Assembly (NCBI GenBank): GCA_963711835.1
Contig: CAVQFQ010000022.1
Span: 15,887-79,886, forward strand
DNA length: 64,000 nucleotides
Origin: an uncultured delta proteobacterium
GTDB lineage: Bacteria > Desulfobacterota > RBG-13-43-22
Reading direction: 5' to 3'
This document shows positions 52,540 to 63,273 of the stretch, piece by piece (positions within the stretch are counted from its first letter, which is position 1; each line of letters starts with the position of its first letter). A program made the position numbers and the translations under genes. Below the pieces are notes generated by a model. The model saw only the letters and a list, made by a program, of their open reading frames with translations, did not search any database and was not told where the DNA came from.

Positions 52540-53393
52540 TTTTCCGTTCCTCCTTTGGGTGCTGCCTCGTCCAATTTCCGGATAATAATGACTTCAGGCC
52601 CACCGGAAGTCGGCTTCATTTCTCCCTCGGCAAAGGTCGAAAGGTTTTCGGCCTCGGGAGATTCTCCCTCCGAGGCTTCTTTGTCCAGCGCCGCCTGTTG
52701 CATCTCCTGCTGTCGCTCTTTGCCTTCCAGGCAGGCATCGGCTATCTTTCCGGTGATGAGGCGGATGGCCCGGATGGCATCATCATTTCCGGGTATGATA
52801 TAGTCGATTTCGTCGGGGTCGCAGTTGGTGTCAACGATTGAGACCAGGGGGATGCCTAATTTTCTGCCTTCCAAGACGGCGATCCGCTCTTTACGGGGAT
52901 CGATGATAAAAATGGCTTTGGGCAGGGAATCCAACTCTTTAATGCCCCCTAAGTTACGGGCCAGCTTTTGGTGTTCCCGATCCAGATTAATGATTTCTTT
53001 TTTGGGAAACTTTTGAATCGTCCCGTCGGTTTTAATGGCCTCCAGATACTTAAGCCTTTCGATACCCTGACGTATGGTCACAAAGTTGGTTAAGGTCCCC
53101 CCCAGCCAACGGTGATTCACATAAAACATCCCGCAGCGTTCGGCCTCCTCCCGGATGGCCTCCTGGGCCTGTTTTTTGGTCCCGGCGAAAAGAACTGATC
53201 CTCCCTGACTTACGGTATCAACAACAAAGTCATAGGTGATTTTAAAAAGATTGACGGTTTTTTGCAGATCGATGATGTAAATACCATTCCTGGCCCCATA
53301 AATATACGGTTTCATCTTGGGGTTCCAGCGTTTGGTTTGATGGCCGAAATGAACCCCGGCCTCCAACAACTGCTTCATGGACAAATACGACAT
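52536..53393 (-). CDS. rpsB: 30S ribosomal protein S2
   Basis: [25 protein letters not shown]. Confidence 0.98.
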   Translation of the reverse strand: MSYLSMKQLLEAGVHFGHQTKRWNPKMKPYIYGARNGIYIIDLQKTVNLFKITYDFVVDTVSQGGSVLFAGTKKQAQEAIREEAERCGMFYVNHRWLGGTLTNFVTIRQGIERLKYLEAIKTDGTIQKFPKKEIINLDREHQKLARNLGGIKELDSLPKAIFIIDPRKERIAVLEGRKLGIPLVSIVDTNCDPDEIDYIIPGNDDAIRAIRLITGKIADACLEGKERQQEMQQAALDKEASEGESPEAENLSTFAEGEMKPTSGGPEVIIIRKLDEAAPKGGTEN

Positions 53394-53484
53394 ACCAGAC
53401 CTCCTTTGGGGTTATTCCTCCGCTTTTTCAGTTAGTTATCCCCTTTTCGACTCAAGTCACCCCGGAGATTGAAAAAGCGTGAGA
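53394..53484 (-). promoter_or_regulatory. rpsB (S2) autoregulatory leader
   Basis: Stem CGCTTTTTCA/TGAAAAAGCG; GGGGT in the loop can pair with ACCCC before the RBS. Confidence 0.7.
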
Positions 53485-53560
53485 TTTTGTTAAATTTTTA
53501 TTATTACGATAAATTTAACCAATTGGCAAGGAAAAAGGGCGATCCCTCCGGTCTCTCGGT

Positions 53561-53779
53561 TTATTTCCGGTCCTGTATAAAGCGGCTGATGGAACGGTCA
53601 AAGGTTCGTTCAACCGTATCCGGGAAATAGCAGGCCGGAAGCTCGCCATTTTTCCGGTGATAATGGAGACATTGGCAGCAGAGCCCTTTTCTTTCGCAGG
53701 GATTGTAAGAGCAGTTGCATTGGGTCAGATTTTCCTTGATATTGGGGCAGTTTTCGCCCATGGTTCCGTAATCAGGCAT
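53561..53779 (-). CDS. Small Cys-rich protein (DUF6485-like)
   Basis: CNCSY.PC.RKG.CCQCL.YH...ELPACYF...E.TFDRS. Confidence 0.8.
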   Translation of the reverse strand: MPDYGTMGENCPNIKENLTQCNCSYNPCERKGLCCQCLHYHRKNGELPACYFPDTVERTFDRSISRFIQDRK

Positions 53780-53898
53780 AAGGATGGTGCCTCCTTCTAC
53801 TCACCCTCTCCCTTGACGGGTGAGGGTGTACTTAAGGATATTTTACCCTGTCATCATAGCATTAATCCAGATGAAAATCCAGCCAGCCGGTGGTCTTT

Positions 53899-54866
53899 AT
53901 GAAACCGAAGCCCATTGAAGTGTTCGAAAAAATGGTCCCCCTATCAGCCCTGGATTGGCAGGACACAACCTTTCTGACCTCTTACGGCCGACCGCTTGGA
54001 GGTCTGTTGCGATCCATTCAAGCCATTGGTCTGCAGCAACCTCCAGTCTTAGAAGCCAAAAGAGACGGAACCTTTCGTATTCTGACTGGCCGTCGGCGCC
54101 TCCGGGCCCTGGTTTTTCTGGGCCGGGAGCAGGTTTCCTGCCGGATAGCCAAGGGGGGGGCCACCTTGACCGATTTACATCTTTTCCATTTTTTCGACAA
54201 TCTCGGCCAACGGGCATTTAATCTGATTGAAAAATCATGGCTGCTTAAAAAGCTGGGCCCGTTTATTCGAGAAGAGGAGCTGCTGAATGAGATGTTGCCC
54301 CTTTTGGATCTTCCGCCCCAAAAAGTGATCTTTATGCGCTGTCAGGGGATCACGGATATCAGCCCGATTTTTTGGCCTGCCGTGCTCCGGGAAAGGCTTT
54401 TCCCAGAGGTCATTGAAACCGTTCAGCAGGCCTTTCCAAAATTTACCTCTCTCTTACTGGCCCTGTTTATCTTGGTTCGCTGGGGATTTCAAAAACAAAA
54501 GGAGTTCCTGAAGGGCATACAGGAAATAGTCCTTCGCTCCCAGGAGCCGCTTGAGGCGATTCTCCCTGATATGATGCAAAAAGCCATCCTGGCCGACCCG
54601 GGATTTACTCCGCAACAAAAAGGAGAGCTCCTGCGAAAAAAAATGAGAACCCGGTTATATCCGACCCTGACCGGGCTGGAGAAGGATTTCCATGAAGGGG
54701 TGCGCAGGCTTGGTTTGGATGAACGAACCAGACTCTCCCCCCCCCCTATTTTGAAGGCGGGCGGTATTCCCTGACTATTTTTTTCTCCCGTACCCGGGAG
54801 CTAAAGGAATCTCTGGAGCGTATCGGCCGGATTCTGGATAAAGACGGGTTCGATGACTTTCATTAA
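53899..54866 (+). CDS. ParB N-terminal domain protein, frameshifted in a C-run near 54740
   Basis: SIQAIGLQQPP, ILTGRRRLRAL; continuation FEGGRYSLTIFF in the next frame. Confidence 0.8.
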
Positions 54867-55971
54867 ATCGCCTAAGATCCCTTTTAGAAGAGAGCCTGCG
54901 TTTTCTTTTAAAAAAATCATGATAGATCGAAAAGCCCAAGGGTCCCCTCTGACCCGGGAAATTCTCAAAACCCTGGCCCACCTGCCGCAGGAATGGGTCG
55001 AGGAGGACAGACCCCGGTTTCCCCTTATGAGCCGGACCTCCTCGAAGCGTGTTTTGTACCTGACCCATTTTCAGGGGCAGCTCGTTAAGCCCTGCCCGGG
55101 GACCAGGGACTACCTCTGCTGCGGTTATCAGATCCTGCATACGGCGGTCAATTGCCCTATGGATTGCAGCTATTGTATCCTTCAGGCCTATTTTAACCAG
55201 CCCTTTGTCCGCCTTTTTGTCAATACCGAGGAGATCTTCAGGCAGTTACATGAGTTTCTGATCCGGCATCAAGACGAAACCATCCGCCTGGGAACCGGGG
55301 AATTTACCGATAGCCTGGTCCTGGATCCTTTAACCCGCTTTAGTTCCTGCCTGCTCCAGGAAATCCTTCCCTATCCCAAGGTCGTGGTGGAACTCAAAAC
55401 CAAATCGGCGGCCATTGATACCCTGCTCCGATTGAATCACCCTGATAAATTTATCATCGCCTGGTCCCTTAATCCCGCCGAACTCATTAAAAGGGAGGAA
55501 AAAGGATCGGCGCCCCTATCCAAGCGCCTAAACGCCGCCCGCCAATGCCAGGACAAGGGCTATCGTCTGGGGTTCCATTTCGATCCCATTTTTTACTTTC
55601 CGGGCTGGGAGGAAGCCTACCGATGGACCGTTCAACGGCTGTTCTCAAAAATAGAGGCGGGCCGGATTGCCTGGATCAGCCTGGGTTGCTTTCGGTATCT
55701 GCCGGACCTGCGATCCATCATGGAAGAACGCCAGCCTGCCTCCCGGCTCATTCACGAGGAATTTATCCCGGCTCTGGATAAAAAAATGCGCTATCTTCAG
55801 GTCAGGCGGGTCGAAATCTATGCCAAGATGGTGGAATGGATCAGAAGATACGGAGGAGATTGTCTGGTTTATCTTTGCATGGAGAATGAAGCCGTCTGGG
55901 AAAAGGTTTTCGGTTTTATCCCGGGCCAGGGGAGCCCCTCCCTAAAGGAGATGCTGGATCAAAGGGTTTGA
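54853..55971 (+). CDS. Spore photoproduct lyase-like radical SAM protein
   Basis: NCPMDCSYCILQAY, GTGEFTDS, ELKTKS, HFDPI, YLCME. Confidence 0.9.
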   Translation: MTFIKSPKIPFRREPAFSFKKIMIDRKAQGSPLTREILKTLAHLPQEWVEEDRPRFPLMSRTSSKRVLYLTHFQGQLVKPCPGTRDYLCCGYQILHTAVNCPMDCSYCILQAYFNQPFVRLFVNTEEIFRQLHEFLIRHQDETIRLGTGEFTDSLVLDPLTRFSSCLLQEILPYPKVVVELKTKSAAIDTLLRLNHPDKFIIAWSLNPAELIKREEKGSAPLSKRLNAARQCQDKGYRLGFHFDPIFYFPGWEEAYRWTVQRLFSKIEAGRIAWISLGCFRYLPDLRSIMEERQPASRLIHEEFIPALDKKMRYLQVRRVEIYAKMVEWIRRYGGDCLVYLCMENEAVWEKVFGFIPGQGSPSLKEMLDQRV

Positions 55972-56005
55972 GCCAGCATCTCCGGGGCCAGGGAACTTCT
56001 GGTCA

Positions 56006-56887
56006 CTATTGGGTTTGAAGCAGTTCCGGATGAATTTCCACCTTGGCCTCTTTTAAGGCCTTTTCCACAAAAGCCGTGACCTTGGCCTTTCGAACCTCTT
56101 GCAGGGCCTGCTCTTTGACTTTGTCTTTAATTGAGTCATAGGGCTCCAGGGAGGCCTCTTTCTTTTCTTCCACCTTAATGATATGATAACCGTATTCGGT
56201 CTCGACAATACCGCTCAGTTCCCCCGGTTTTAGAGAGAAGGCCGTTTCTTCAAAGGCCGGGAGCATGGACCCTTTCTCAAAAAAGCCCAAATCCCCGCCC
56301 TTGGATTTTGACCCCGGGTCATCGGAATTCTCCGCAGCCAACTTGGCAAAGTCCTCACCGGCTTTGAGGCGGGCCAGGATCCCTTCGGCTTTAGCCTTTA
56401 AAATTTTCTTATCCGCCTCGGCTGCGGTTTTTTCAACCAGAATCAGGATATGGCGGGCCTGCACGCTTTCCGGGGTCTTAAAGGCCTCCTGATGGTCATT
56501 ATAATAGGCCTTGATTTCCTTTTCGCTTAGGGTAATCTTCTCGACCACTTCCTTCTGCAGATATTGGCTGGCCAAAAAATTATTAAGGATCAGCTCCTGC
56601 TGGTTTTTAATCTCCGGTTTTTTATCAAACCCCTTGTCCCGGGCCACTTTGGCGATCACAGCGCCCTGAACCAGTTGCCAGAGGATGGTTTCTTTCAATT
56701 GAGGGTTTTTCTCGATCATTTTTTTTTGTGAGGCCTCATAAAAGCTGAGAATTTTATTAAATTCACTTACGGTAATTATTTTATTTCCGATTTTGGCCAA
56801 GACCTTTTTATCCTGGGCAAACACCAGACCCGGGATGCAAACCGTCAACACTAAAAAAAGTCCTGCCGTCTTAAGCATTTTCAACAT
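56006..56887 (-). CDS. Exported parvulin-type peptidyl-prolyl isomerase
   Basis: ARHILI, SDDPGS..KGGDLG, YGYHII. Confidence 0.93.
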   Translation of the reverse strand: MLKMLKTAGLFLVLTVCIPGLVFAQDKKVLAKIGNKIITVSEFNKILSFYEASQKKMIEKNPQLKETILWQLVQGAVIAKVARDKGFDKKPEIKNQQELILNNFLASQYLQKEVVEKITLSEKEIKAYYNDHQEAFKTPESVQARHILILVEKTAAEADKKILKAKAEGILARLKAGEDFAKLAAENSDDPGSKSKGGDLGFFEKGSMLPAFEETAFSLKPGELSGIVETEYGYHIIKVEEKKEASLEPYDSIKDKVKEQALQEVRKAKVTAFVEKALKEAKVEIHPELLQTQ

Positions 56888-56934
56888 GGTTTTTCTCCTT
56901 TTTGGTTTTTTACTGTACTGGTCTTAACTAAATT

Positions 56935-57235
56935 GGTAACGTTAAAAAGTTGAGGCCTTATGGTTCTCCCGTATAGGGGTCCGATGGTCTTAATTTCAAG
57001 GTTGTCCAAAGGGCACCCCATCGCCCAAATCCGGCCCAAACCTTAAAGTTAATTCGGCGCCGGGCAGACACCCAAGACGATAAACAGCTTTGGTGTTGGC
57101 CTGTTTCTGGACCACCTTATAACCTTCCTGCCCGGGTTCAAGCTGTCTGTGTTTTGGTGGACAATCCTTGAAATCAAGACCATCGGACCCCTTTTCAGGG
57201 TGAGATAACTTTTGCCTCAACTTTTGTACGTTACT
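56935..57235 (-). mobile_element. MITE-like element, family C, copy 2, with target-site duplication
   Basis: TIR GTAACGTTAAAAAGTTGAGGC / GCCTCAACTTTTGTACGTTAC; ACTAAATT on both flanks. Confidence 0.85.
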
Positions 57236-57242
57236 ACTAAAT

Positions 57243-57318
<76 letters not shown>

Positions 57319-57646
57319 CCGGCCTGAAAGCGACCAAGGCCGCCTTCATTCAGGTATTGCTTATCTCCTTAATACTAAAAGTAGGGGAAGTCAAAAAAAA
57401 TCAAAAATCAAGATCGGTTTCGAGGGAACCCTTTTCTTGTCAGACCGGACCGATACTCATAAAACAATAGTTTTTTCAATAGGATCAATAGACAATATTT
57501 TTTTCTTCCTGCCCCGACACCGGGGAGGGTTCGCTGAAAGCAGTTCCTTTTAACCCGTTGGGCTTCCTCCTCAATTTTCTTGACTTCTCCAGGGGCTTAT
57601 TCCAGGATACCTGCGATAAAACCATCCTTAGCCTAAAGGAGGGGGT

Positions 57647-58663
57647 TTGCCTGCCAAGCAGCCGAAAAAATGGGAAGCATCAAAAACCGTCATTGGTGTT
57701 GACTTAGGAGGAACCCGGATCAAAATCGGACTGGTCGATCCCCAGGGCACAGTCCACCTTTTTAAAGCCTTCCCCACGCGGGTAGATTTGGGGAAAAACC
57801 AAGTCCTGACCAGGATTGCCGGTGGGCTGGCTACGGTTCTTCGGCAGGTAAGGGAGAAAGGCATCTTCCCGGAAATCATCGGGATTGGGGCAGCGGGCCT
57901 AATCGATCGGCCTAAAGGGGTCGTTCTCCTTTCTCCAAATTTTCCCGACTGGGAAGAGGTCCCTCTAGGACCCTACCTGACCCGGAAGCTGGGGCTCCCC
58001 TGTTTCCTGGATAATGACGCCAATGCGATTGCGTTGGGAGAGAAATGGGCCGGCGCCGGCCGGGATCTGGCCAACTTCGTCTGCCTGACCTTGGGCACCG
58101 GGGTGGGCAGCGGTTTGATTTTAGATAATCAACTCTGGTACGGGAGTCAGGGATGGGGACCGGAAATCGGTCATATGACCATTCGTCCGGGCGGGGAGCG
58201 TTGTGGCTGCGGGAACCGGGGCTGTCTGGAGACCTTGGCTTCCGCGACCTATCTGGTTAAAACAGCCGCCAAAGGATTACTAAATAACGCCTCCCCCCTG
58301 CTGGCTCGAAAAATGGCTTGTTCCTCAGCCCCCCTTTCGGCTCAGGTAATCTTCGAAACGGCCCTTCAGGGAGACCGCTTTTGCCTTTCCCTTTTCAAAA
58401 CCCTGGGCCAATCCTTGGGGATTGCCTCCGCCAATCTGGTCCAGGTCCTGGGCTTGGACGGCATTGTTCTGGGGGGAGGGGTGAGTAAGGCTTCCACAAT
58501 TTTCTTGCCCTATTTAATGAAAGAATTTAAAAGGCGATTAACCCTGATCCCTTCGGAAAAAATCGCCGTCCGGATTTCTTCATTGGGGGATATCAGCGGG
58601 GTATTGGGAGCGGCGGCTGTCGCCCGGGGAAGATCGTCGCAGCAGTCACCGTTTGGAAGGTAA
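57647..58663 (+). CDS. ROK family sugar kinase (glucokinase-like)
   Basis: GVDLGGT, NDANA, EIGH, CGCGNRGCLE. Confidence 0.93.
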   Translation: MPAKQPKKWEASKTVIGVDLGGTRIKIGLVDPQGTVHLFKAFPTRVDLGKNQVLTRIAGGLATVLRQVREKGIFPEIIGIGAAGLIDRPKGVVLLSPNFPDWEEVPLGPYLTRKLGLPCFLDNDANAIALGEKWAGAGRDLANFVCLTLGTGVGSGLILDNQLWYGSQGWGPEIGHMTIRPGGERCGCGNRGCLETLASATYLVKTAAKGLLNNASPLLARKMACSSAPLSAQVIFETALQGDRFCLSLFKTLGQSLGIASANLVQVLGLDGIVLGGGVSKASTIFLPYLMKEFKRRLTLIPSEKIAVRISSLGDISGVLGAAAVARGRSSQQSPFGR

Positions 58664-58817
58664 GGTTTCCATAACCATAACTGTCCCTCCGGAGCGTCAA
58701 GAAGCGCCAATTGATATTGTAAAGGTGAGATAAATTCCCAGAAATAAGAATGATAGAATCTATTGTCGTAATTCTCACTGGTCAGCCAAGTGATTGTCTT
58801 TAAGAGAGAGAGGTCCT

Positions 58818-59480
58818 ATGCCGCGGGGAAAAAGAAAAATAACCAAAAAGGAACTGCTGAAAAAGCCGGATGAGTTTATCACCTTTTCCAACCGGAGCTA
58901 TAATTGGATCCGGATTCACCTCCGGCCGGTGCTCTGGGTTGGTTCCGGAATTATTTTACTGGCCGCTTTTTACCTGGCTTATGGTGCGTATCAAAACTAT
59001 CAGGAAAGACTGGCCCACGAAGCTTATTTTTCCGCTTATCCCGTAACGGACCCGGCGCAGAAAATTAAAAAATTAGAGGATCTTGTGGCCGACTACCCCC
59101 GAACTAAAGGAGCGGCTTCGGCCCGGGTGACCTTGGGCCATCTCTATTATCAAAAAGGGGATTCGGCCAAAGCCATAGCAGCCTACCAGGGGGCTTTGGA
59201 CCGGAGTGGCTTCCCGGCCAATTTCAAAATCATGATCCAAGAAAGTCTGGCCTACGCCTATGAGCAAAAAGGCGATCTTCCTCAGGCCGCTAAATTCCTC
59301 TCCGAAATAACCCGAACCGAATCAACTCTCATAAAGGAAGATGCTTTTTTGGCCCTGGCCCGGGTTTACCAAAAGATGGGCAAGACCGGAGAAGCGAAAG
59401 CGACTTATGAGAAATTCCTAAAATCCTATCCAAAATCACCCTATGCCCAGATGGTTAAAGATCGCCTGAACCGCCCTTAG
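58818..59480 (+). CDS. YfgM-like membrane-anchored TPR protein
   Basis: KELLKKPDEF, one TM, TPRs. Confidence 0.8.
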   Translation: MPRGKRKITKKELLKKPDEFITFSNRSYNWIRIHLRPVLWVGSGIILLAAFYLAYGAYQNYQERLAHEAYFSAYPVTDPAQKIKKLEDLVADYPRTKGAASARVTLGHLYYQKGDSAKAIAAYQGALDRSGFPANFKIMIQESLAYAYEQKGDLPQAAKFLSEITRTESTLIKEDAFLALARVYQKMGKTGEAKATYEKFLKSYPKSPYAQMVKDRLNRP

Positions 59481-59491
59481 ATGCTCTCACA

Positions 59492-59780
59492 GCCTATTGA
59501 GAGCATTTATTCCTAACTCTGAAACAAAGGTGGTTAGGGGTCTTGTTTTTTGAATTTTCCATTTAAACGCCATGAGCTTCTTTGCCGGGCCAGAAGTCAG
59601 CATGGTTTTTGGTGCAGGCCCAAACTGAATCGCCAAATTGAAGTTGGGTGAATGCCCTGTTTCCAATCGACTTAAATAATTCGGGCCGGATTTGAGACGC
59701 TAAACCCACCTTTTGGAAAACTCAAAAAACAAGACCCCTAACCACCAGGTCGATCAACGATAGAGAAAAATTTCAATAGC
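59492..59780 (+). mobile_element. Family C element, divergent copy 3
   Basis: Inner IR 59529-59561 / 59714-59746; shared motifs CCGGGC, CAGGCC, GGGTGAAT.CCC, AATTCGGGCCGG. Confidence 0.7.
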
Positions 59781-59909
59781 GTTGCTCAGAATTTTTCTTG
59801 ACAAGGGGGACTGATCGGGATAGCGTAGCTATAATGTAACTATTATTCGTAAAAAGGTCCCCGAGATTAAGATTAACTTGCGTTACTATCTACTATAAGG
59901 AGATGGAAT

Positions 59910-60911
59910 ATGCATGAGCTCTTAAAGGGAAAAGCCGGAGATAAAAGGCTGTTGCTCGGCAATGAGGCGATTGCCCGGGGAGCTATTGAGGCCGGGCTGG
60001 CTTTTGCTACGGCCTATCCGGGGACGCCCTCTTCCGAGGTGGCCCTTAATTTTTACCAGATTAAACAGGAATCCGATCTCTACTTCGAATACTCGACCAA
60101 TGAGAAGGTGGCCTTGGAGGTGGCCGCCGGGGCCGCTGTCTCCGGCTTAAGGACCATGGTCACCATGAAACATGTGGGCTTGAATGTCGCCGCTGATCCC
60201 TTGATGACCCTGGCTTATACCGGCGTCAACGGGGGCATGGTGGTTTTGACGGCCGACGATCCCTCTCTTTTTTCCAGCCAGAACGAACAGGATAACCGCT
60301 ATTACGCCCGGCTTTCCGGTCTGCCCATGCTGGAGCCTACTACCCCCCAAGAGGCCAAAGAGATGACTATAGCGGCCTTTGACCTTTCCGAAAAATTGAA
60401 GTTGCCGGTCCTGTTGCGGACCACGACCCGCATCAACCATTCCCGGGGGGTGGTCACCCTCAACGAAATACGCTCTCGGGAAACCAAAGGCAGCTTTAAA
60501 AAAGACCCCTTCAGTTATGTCACGGTCCCGGCCGTATCCAGAAATTTGCACATTAAACTCCTGAAAAAATACGATCAGGCCCTGTTGGAAGCGGATCACT
60601 CCCCATTCAATGAAATCATCGGCCGGGGAAAATGGGGCATCATCACCCACGGGGTCAGTTTTGGCTATGTCCAGGATGCCCTGGAAGACCTCCGGGCCCG
60701 GGATAAGTTTTCCGTTTTAAAATTAGGGTTCTCTTTTCCCTTCCCGACCGAACTGGTCAAAAAATTTCTTACCCAAGTGGATAAGGTCCTGGTCGTGGAA
60801 GAATTGGAACCGATTATGGAAGAGGCCGTTCGTTCGGTGGCCCAGATCATGGGCACAACCATCTCCATCCAGGGCAAAGGGGTCGGGCAATTGAGCCGTC
60901 TTTTTGAATAA
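59910..60911 (+). CDS. iorA: Indolepyruvate:ferredoxin oxidoreductase alpha subunit, truncated at the junction
   Basis: GNEAIARG, YPGTPSSE, MKHVGLNVAAD, SSQNEQD; C-terminal half missing. Confidence 0.9.
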   Translation: MHELLKGKAGDKRLLLGNEAIARGAIEAGLAFATAYPGTPSSEVALNFYQIKQESDLYFEYSTNEKVALEVAAGAAVSGLRTMVTMKHVGLNVAADPLMTLAYTGVNGGMVVLTADDPSLFSSQNEQDNRYYARLSGLPMLEPTTPQEAKEMTIAAFDLSEKLKLPVLLRTTTRINHSRGVVTLNEIRSRETKGSFKKDPFSYVTVPAVSRNLHIKLLKKYDQALLEADHSPFNEIIGRGKWGIITHGVSFGYVQDALEDLRARDKFSVLKLGFSFPFPTELVKKFLTQVDKVLVVEELEPIMEEAVRSVAQIMGTTISIQGKGVGQLSRLFE

Positions 60912-60990
60912 CATATGTAACGAACGAAGGAACAGGACAAAAAAATGTATCGCTTGGTGTCGCTGGTGTCCATCCGCTCGCTCGTACTGA
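60910..60990. other. Probable nanopore adapter remnant / chimeric junction
   Basis: AACATATGTAACGAACGAAGGAACAGGACAAAAAAA resembles the reverse complement of the ONT ligation adapter (AGCAATACGTAACTGAACGAAGTACAGG); abrupt GC jump. Confidence 0.8.
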
Positions 60991-61015
60991 ACGCGAGCGG
61001 CCCTGCGGTCGCCGC

Positions 61016-63273
61016 GTGATCACGCTCGCGATGGTGCTGGCATTCATCGGAGGCGTGTTTTTCAAGGGACGCAGCGGGTGGTGCGGAACCTTCTGTCCGC
61101 TTGCGCCCGTGCAACGATCGCACGGGCAGGCGCCGCTGATCGTGGTCCGCAACGGCTACTGCCCGACTTGTGTCGGCTGTCAGAAGAACTGCTTCGATTT
61201 CAATCCGCGCGCGGCGATATTCGGGGACCTGGGCGACAACGATCAGCGCCATTCGACGCAGCGGATGATGTTCATGTCGCTGCTGCCGGGGCTGATCTGG
61301 GGCTATTACAACGTCGCGGGCGCGCTGGAGCACGGATTCGCTCACTACCTGCTGGTGCTCGCGGGGAGCGCGCTGTTCAGCACCGGGCTGTTCTTCACGC
61401 TGCGCAGCCTGCTGAACATCACTGCCTATCGGCTCGCGACCGCATTCGGCTTGTCCGCGCTGCTGATCTACTATTACTTCGCGGGTCCGGTGCTGGTCAA
61501 CGCGGTTTCCGGTCTGGCCGGCATGGCGTCTCCGGGCTGGCTGGTCGAGGCGAGCCGTTTCATCGCCATTCCCATTGCGGCGGGCGTACTGCTTGCCGCT
61601 CTCCGCGCCGAACATGCGTACCGCGCGCTCGAGACGGCCGAGAGCCAGGTGCGGGTGGACAGCCGCAAAGTGCAGGCCGCGCTCTCGCGCGAGGAGGCGG
61701 GCATCCCGATCACCGAGCGGGGCTCGGGCAAGACCTTTTCCGCGAAGGGCGGCCAGACCTTGCTCGAGGCCATGGAGGCGGCAGGCATTCCGATCGATTT
61801 CGGCTGCCGCTCGGGACTGTGCGGCGCCGATCCCGTGGGCATCGTCGACGGGCATGCCAACTTGGACGCACCCGGCGAGGAGGAACTGGCGACGCTGCGC
61901 CGGCTGGGTCTCGAGGGGCGGGCGCGCCTCGCATGCAGTTGTCGCGCGACCGGCAAGGTGACGATCGACCGCGACCCCCGCAGCGTACCGCCGGTGGCGC
62001 CTGCTCGGCCGGCAGAACCCAAACCGGACCGGGCCGCCGCGGCAGGGATCGGCCGCGTGCTGATCGTCGGCAACGGCGTTGCCGGCATCACCGTGGCAGA
62101 GTCGCTGCGACGCGAAAGCCCCTCGGTGCAGATCACCATGGTGGCCGACGAACCGCATCACTTCTACAACCGGATGTCGATCGGGCGGGTCATCTACAAC
62201 CAGACGTCGATGGACGGCATGTACCTCGTTCCGGACAGCTGGTACAAGGACAACAACGTTACAGTGTGGCTGAACACGGTCGCGGTGGCGATCGACCGTG
62301 CAGCCAAGGCTGTTCGGCTCGGAACCGGCGAGAGCCTGGGCTACGACCGGCTGGTATTGGCCACCGGCGCGAAGGCGGCGCCGCCCGGCCCCGATTTTCT
62401 CGGGCGCAGCAATTGCTTCGTACTGCGCAGTGCCGCGGATGCACAGGCGATTCGCGCCGCCATCCAGCGCCTCGGAGCGAAGGAGGCGATCGTGATCGGC
62501 GGTGGCGTTCTCGGCATCGAGGCCGCGGAAGCCATGACGCACCTGGGCCTCAGGGTGACGATCCTCCAGCGCGCGAAGCGACTGATGGACCGGCAGCTCG
62601 ATGCCGAGGGAGCGCAGCTGCTGACCACGTACCTTGCGCAAAAGGGCATCGACGCCTTGACCGAATGCACGGGTGGCAGGTTTTGACGGGGACGATCGGC
62701 TGCGCGCCGTCCGCCTGGAGGATGGCCGGGTTCTGGCGTCCGATCTGTTCATTGCGTGCGCCGGCATCGTGCCCAACGCCGAGCTCGCGCGCGAGCGCGG
62801 GGCTGGCGGTCGGCCGCGGCATCAAGGTCGATGCGTGCATGCGCACGTCCGACCCGGACATTTTCGCGGTGGGCGATGTCGCGGAGGCTGCGAAGGGCCC
62901 CGGCGGTCTCTGGCCCGTCGCCGTCGATCAGGGCCGCGCCGCGGTGGCGGCGATGCTGGGCAGCGAGACGAGCGCCGCGGAACCGCGGATCGTGCTCCAG
63001 CTCAAGTCCGACGGCATCGACCTCCGGAGCTTCGGCACACTCGATCCAGTCCCTGACGGGTGCGAGGTGCTGACGGCGACTGGCGGCATCGTCTGGTGGC
63101 GACTGGTGCTGCGCGGTGGCACCGTCCTTGGCGCCGTGTTCGTCGGACCGCCTGGTTCGTCGAAAGAGCTGACCAAGATGCTGCAGGCCGGCGCGGACCT
63201 CACCGAGTTCGTGCCGGCGCTGCGGCAGGGCGAGCTCGCGCTGCATCCGCAGGAGATCGCGCTCGCGGCCTAG
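61016..63273 (+). CDS. Membrane 4Fe-4S-binding + 2Fe-2S + FAD/NAD(P) oxidoreductase fusion (5'-partial; frameshifts near 62680 and 62800)
   Basis: WCGTFCP, CPTCVGC, CRSGLCGAD..RLAC, GNGVAG, LVLATG, GGGVLGIE, TSDPDIFAVGD. Confidence 0.8.
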
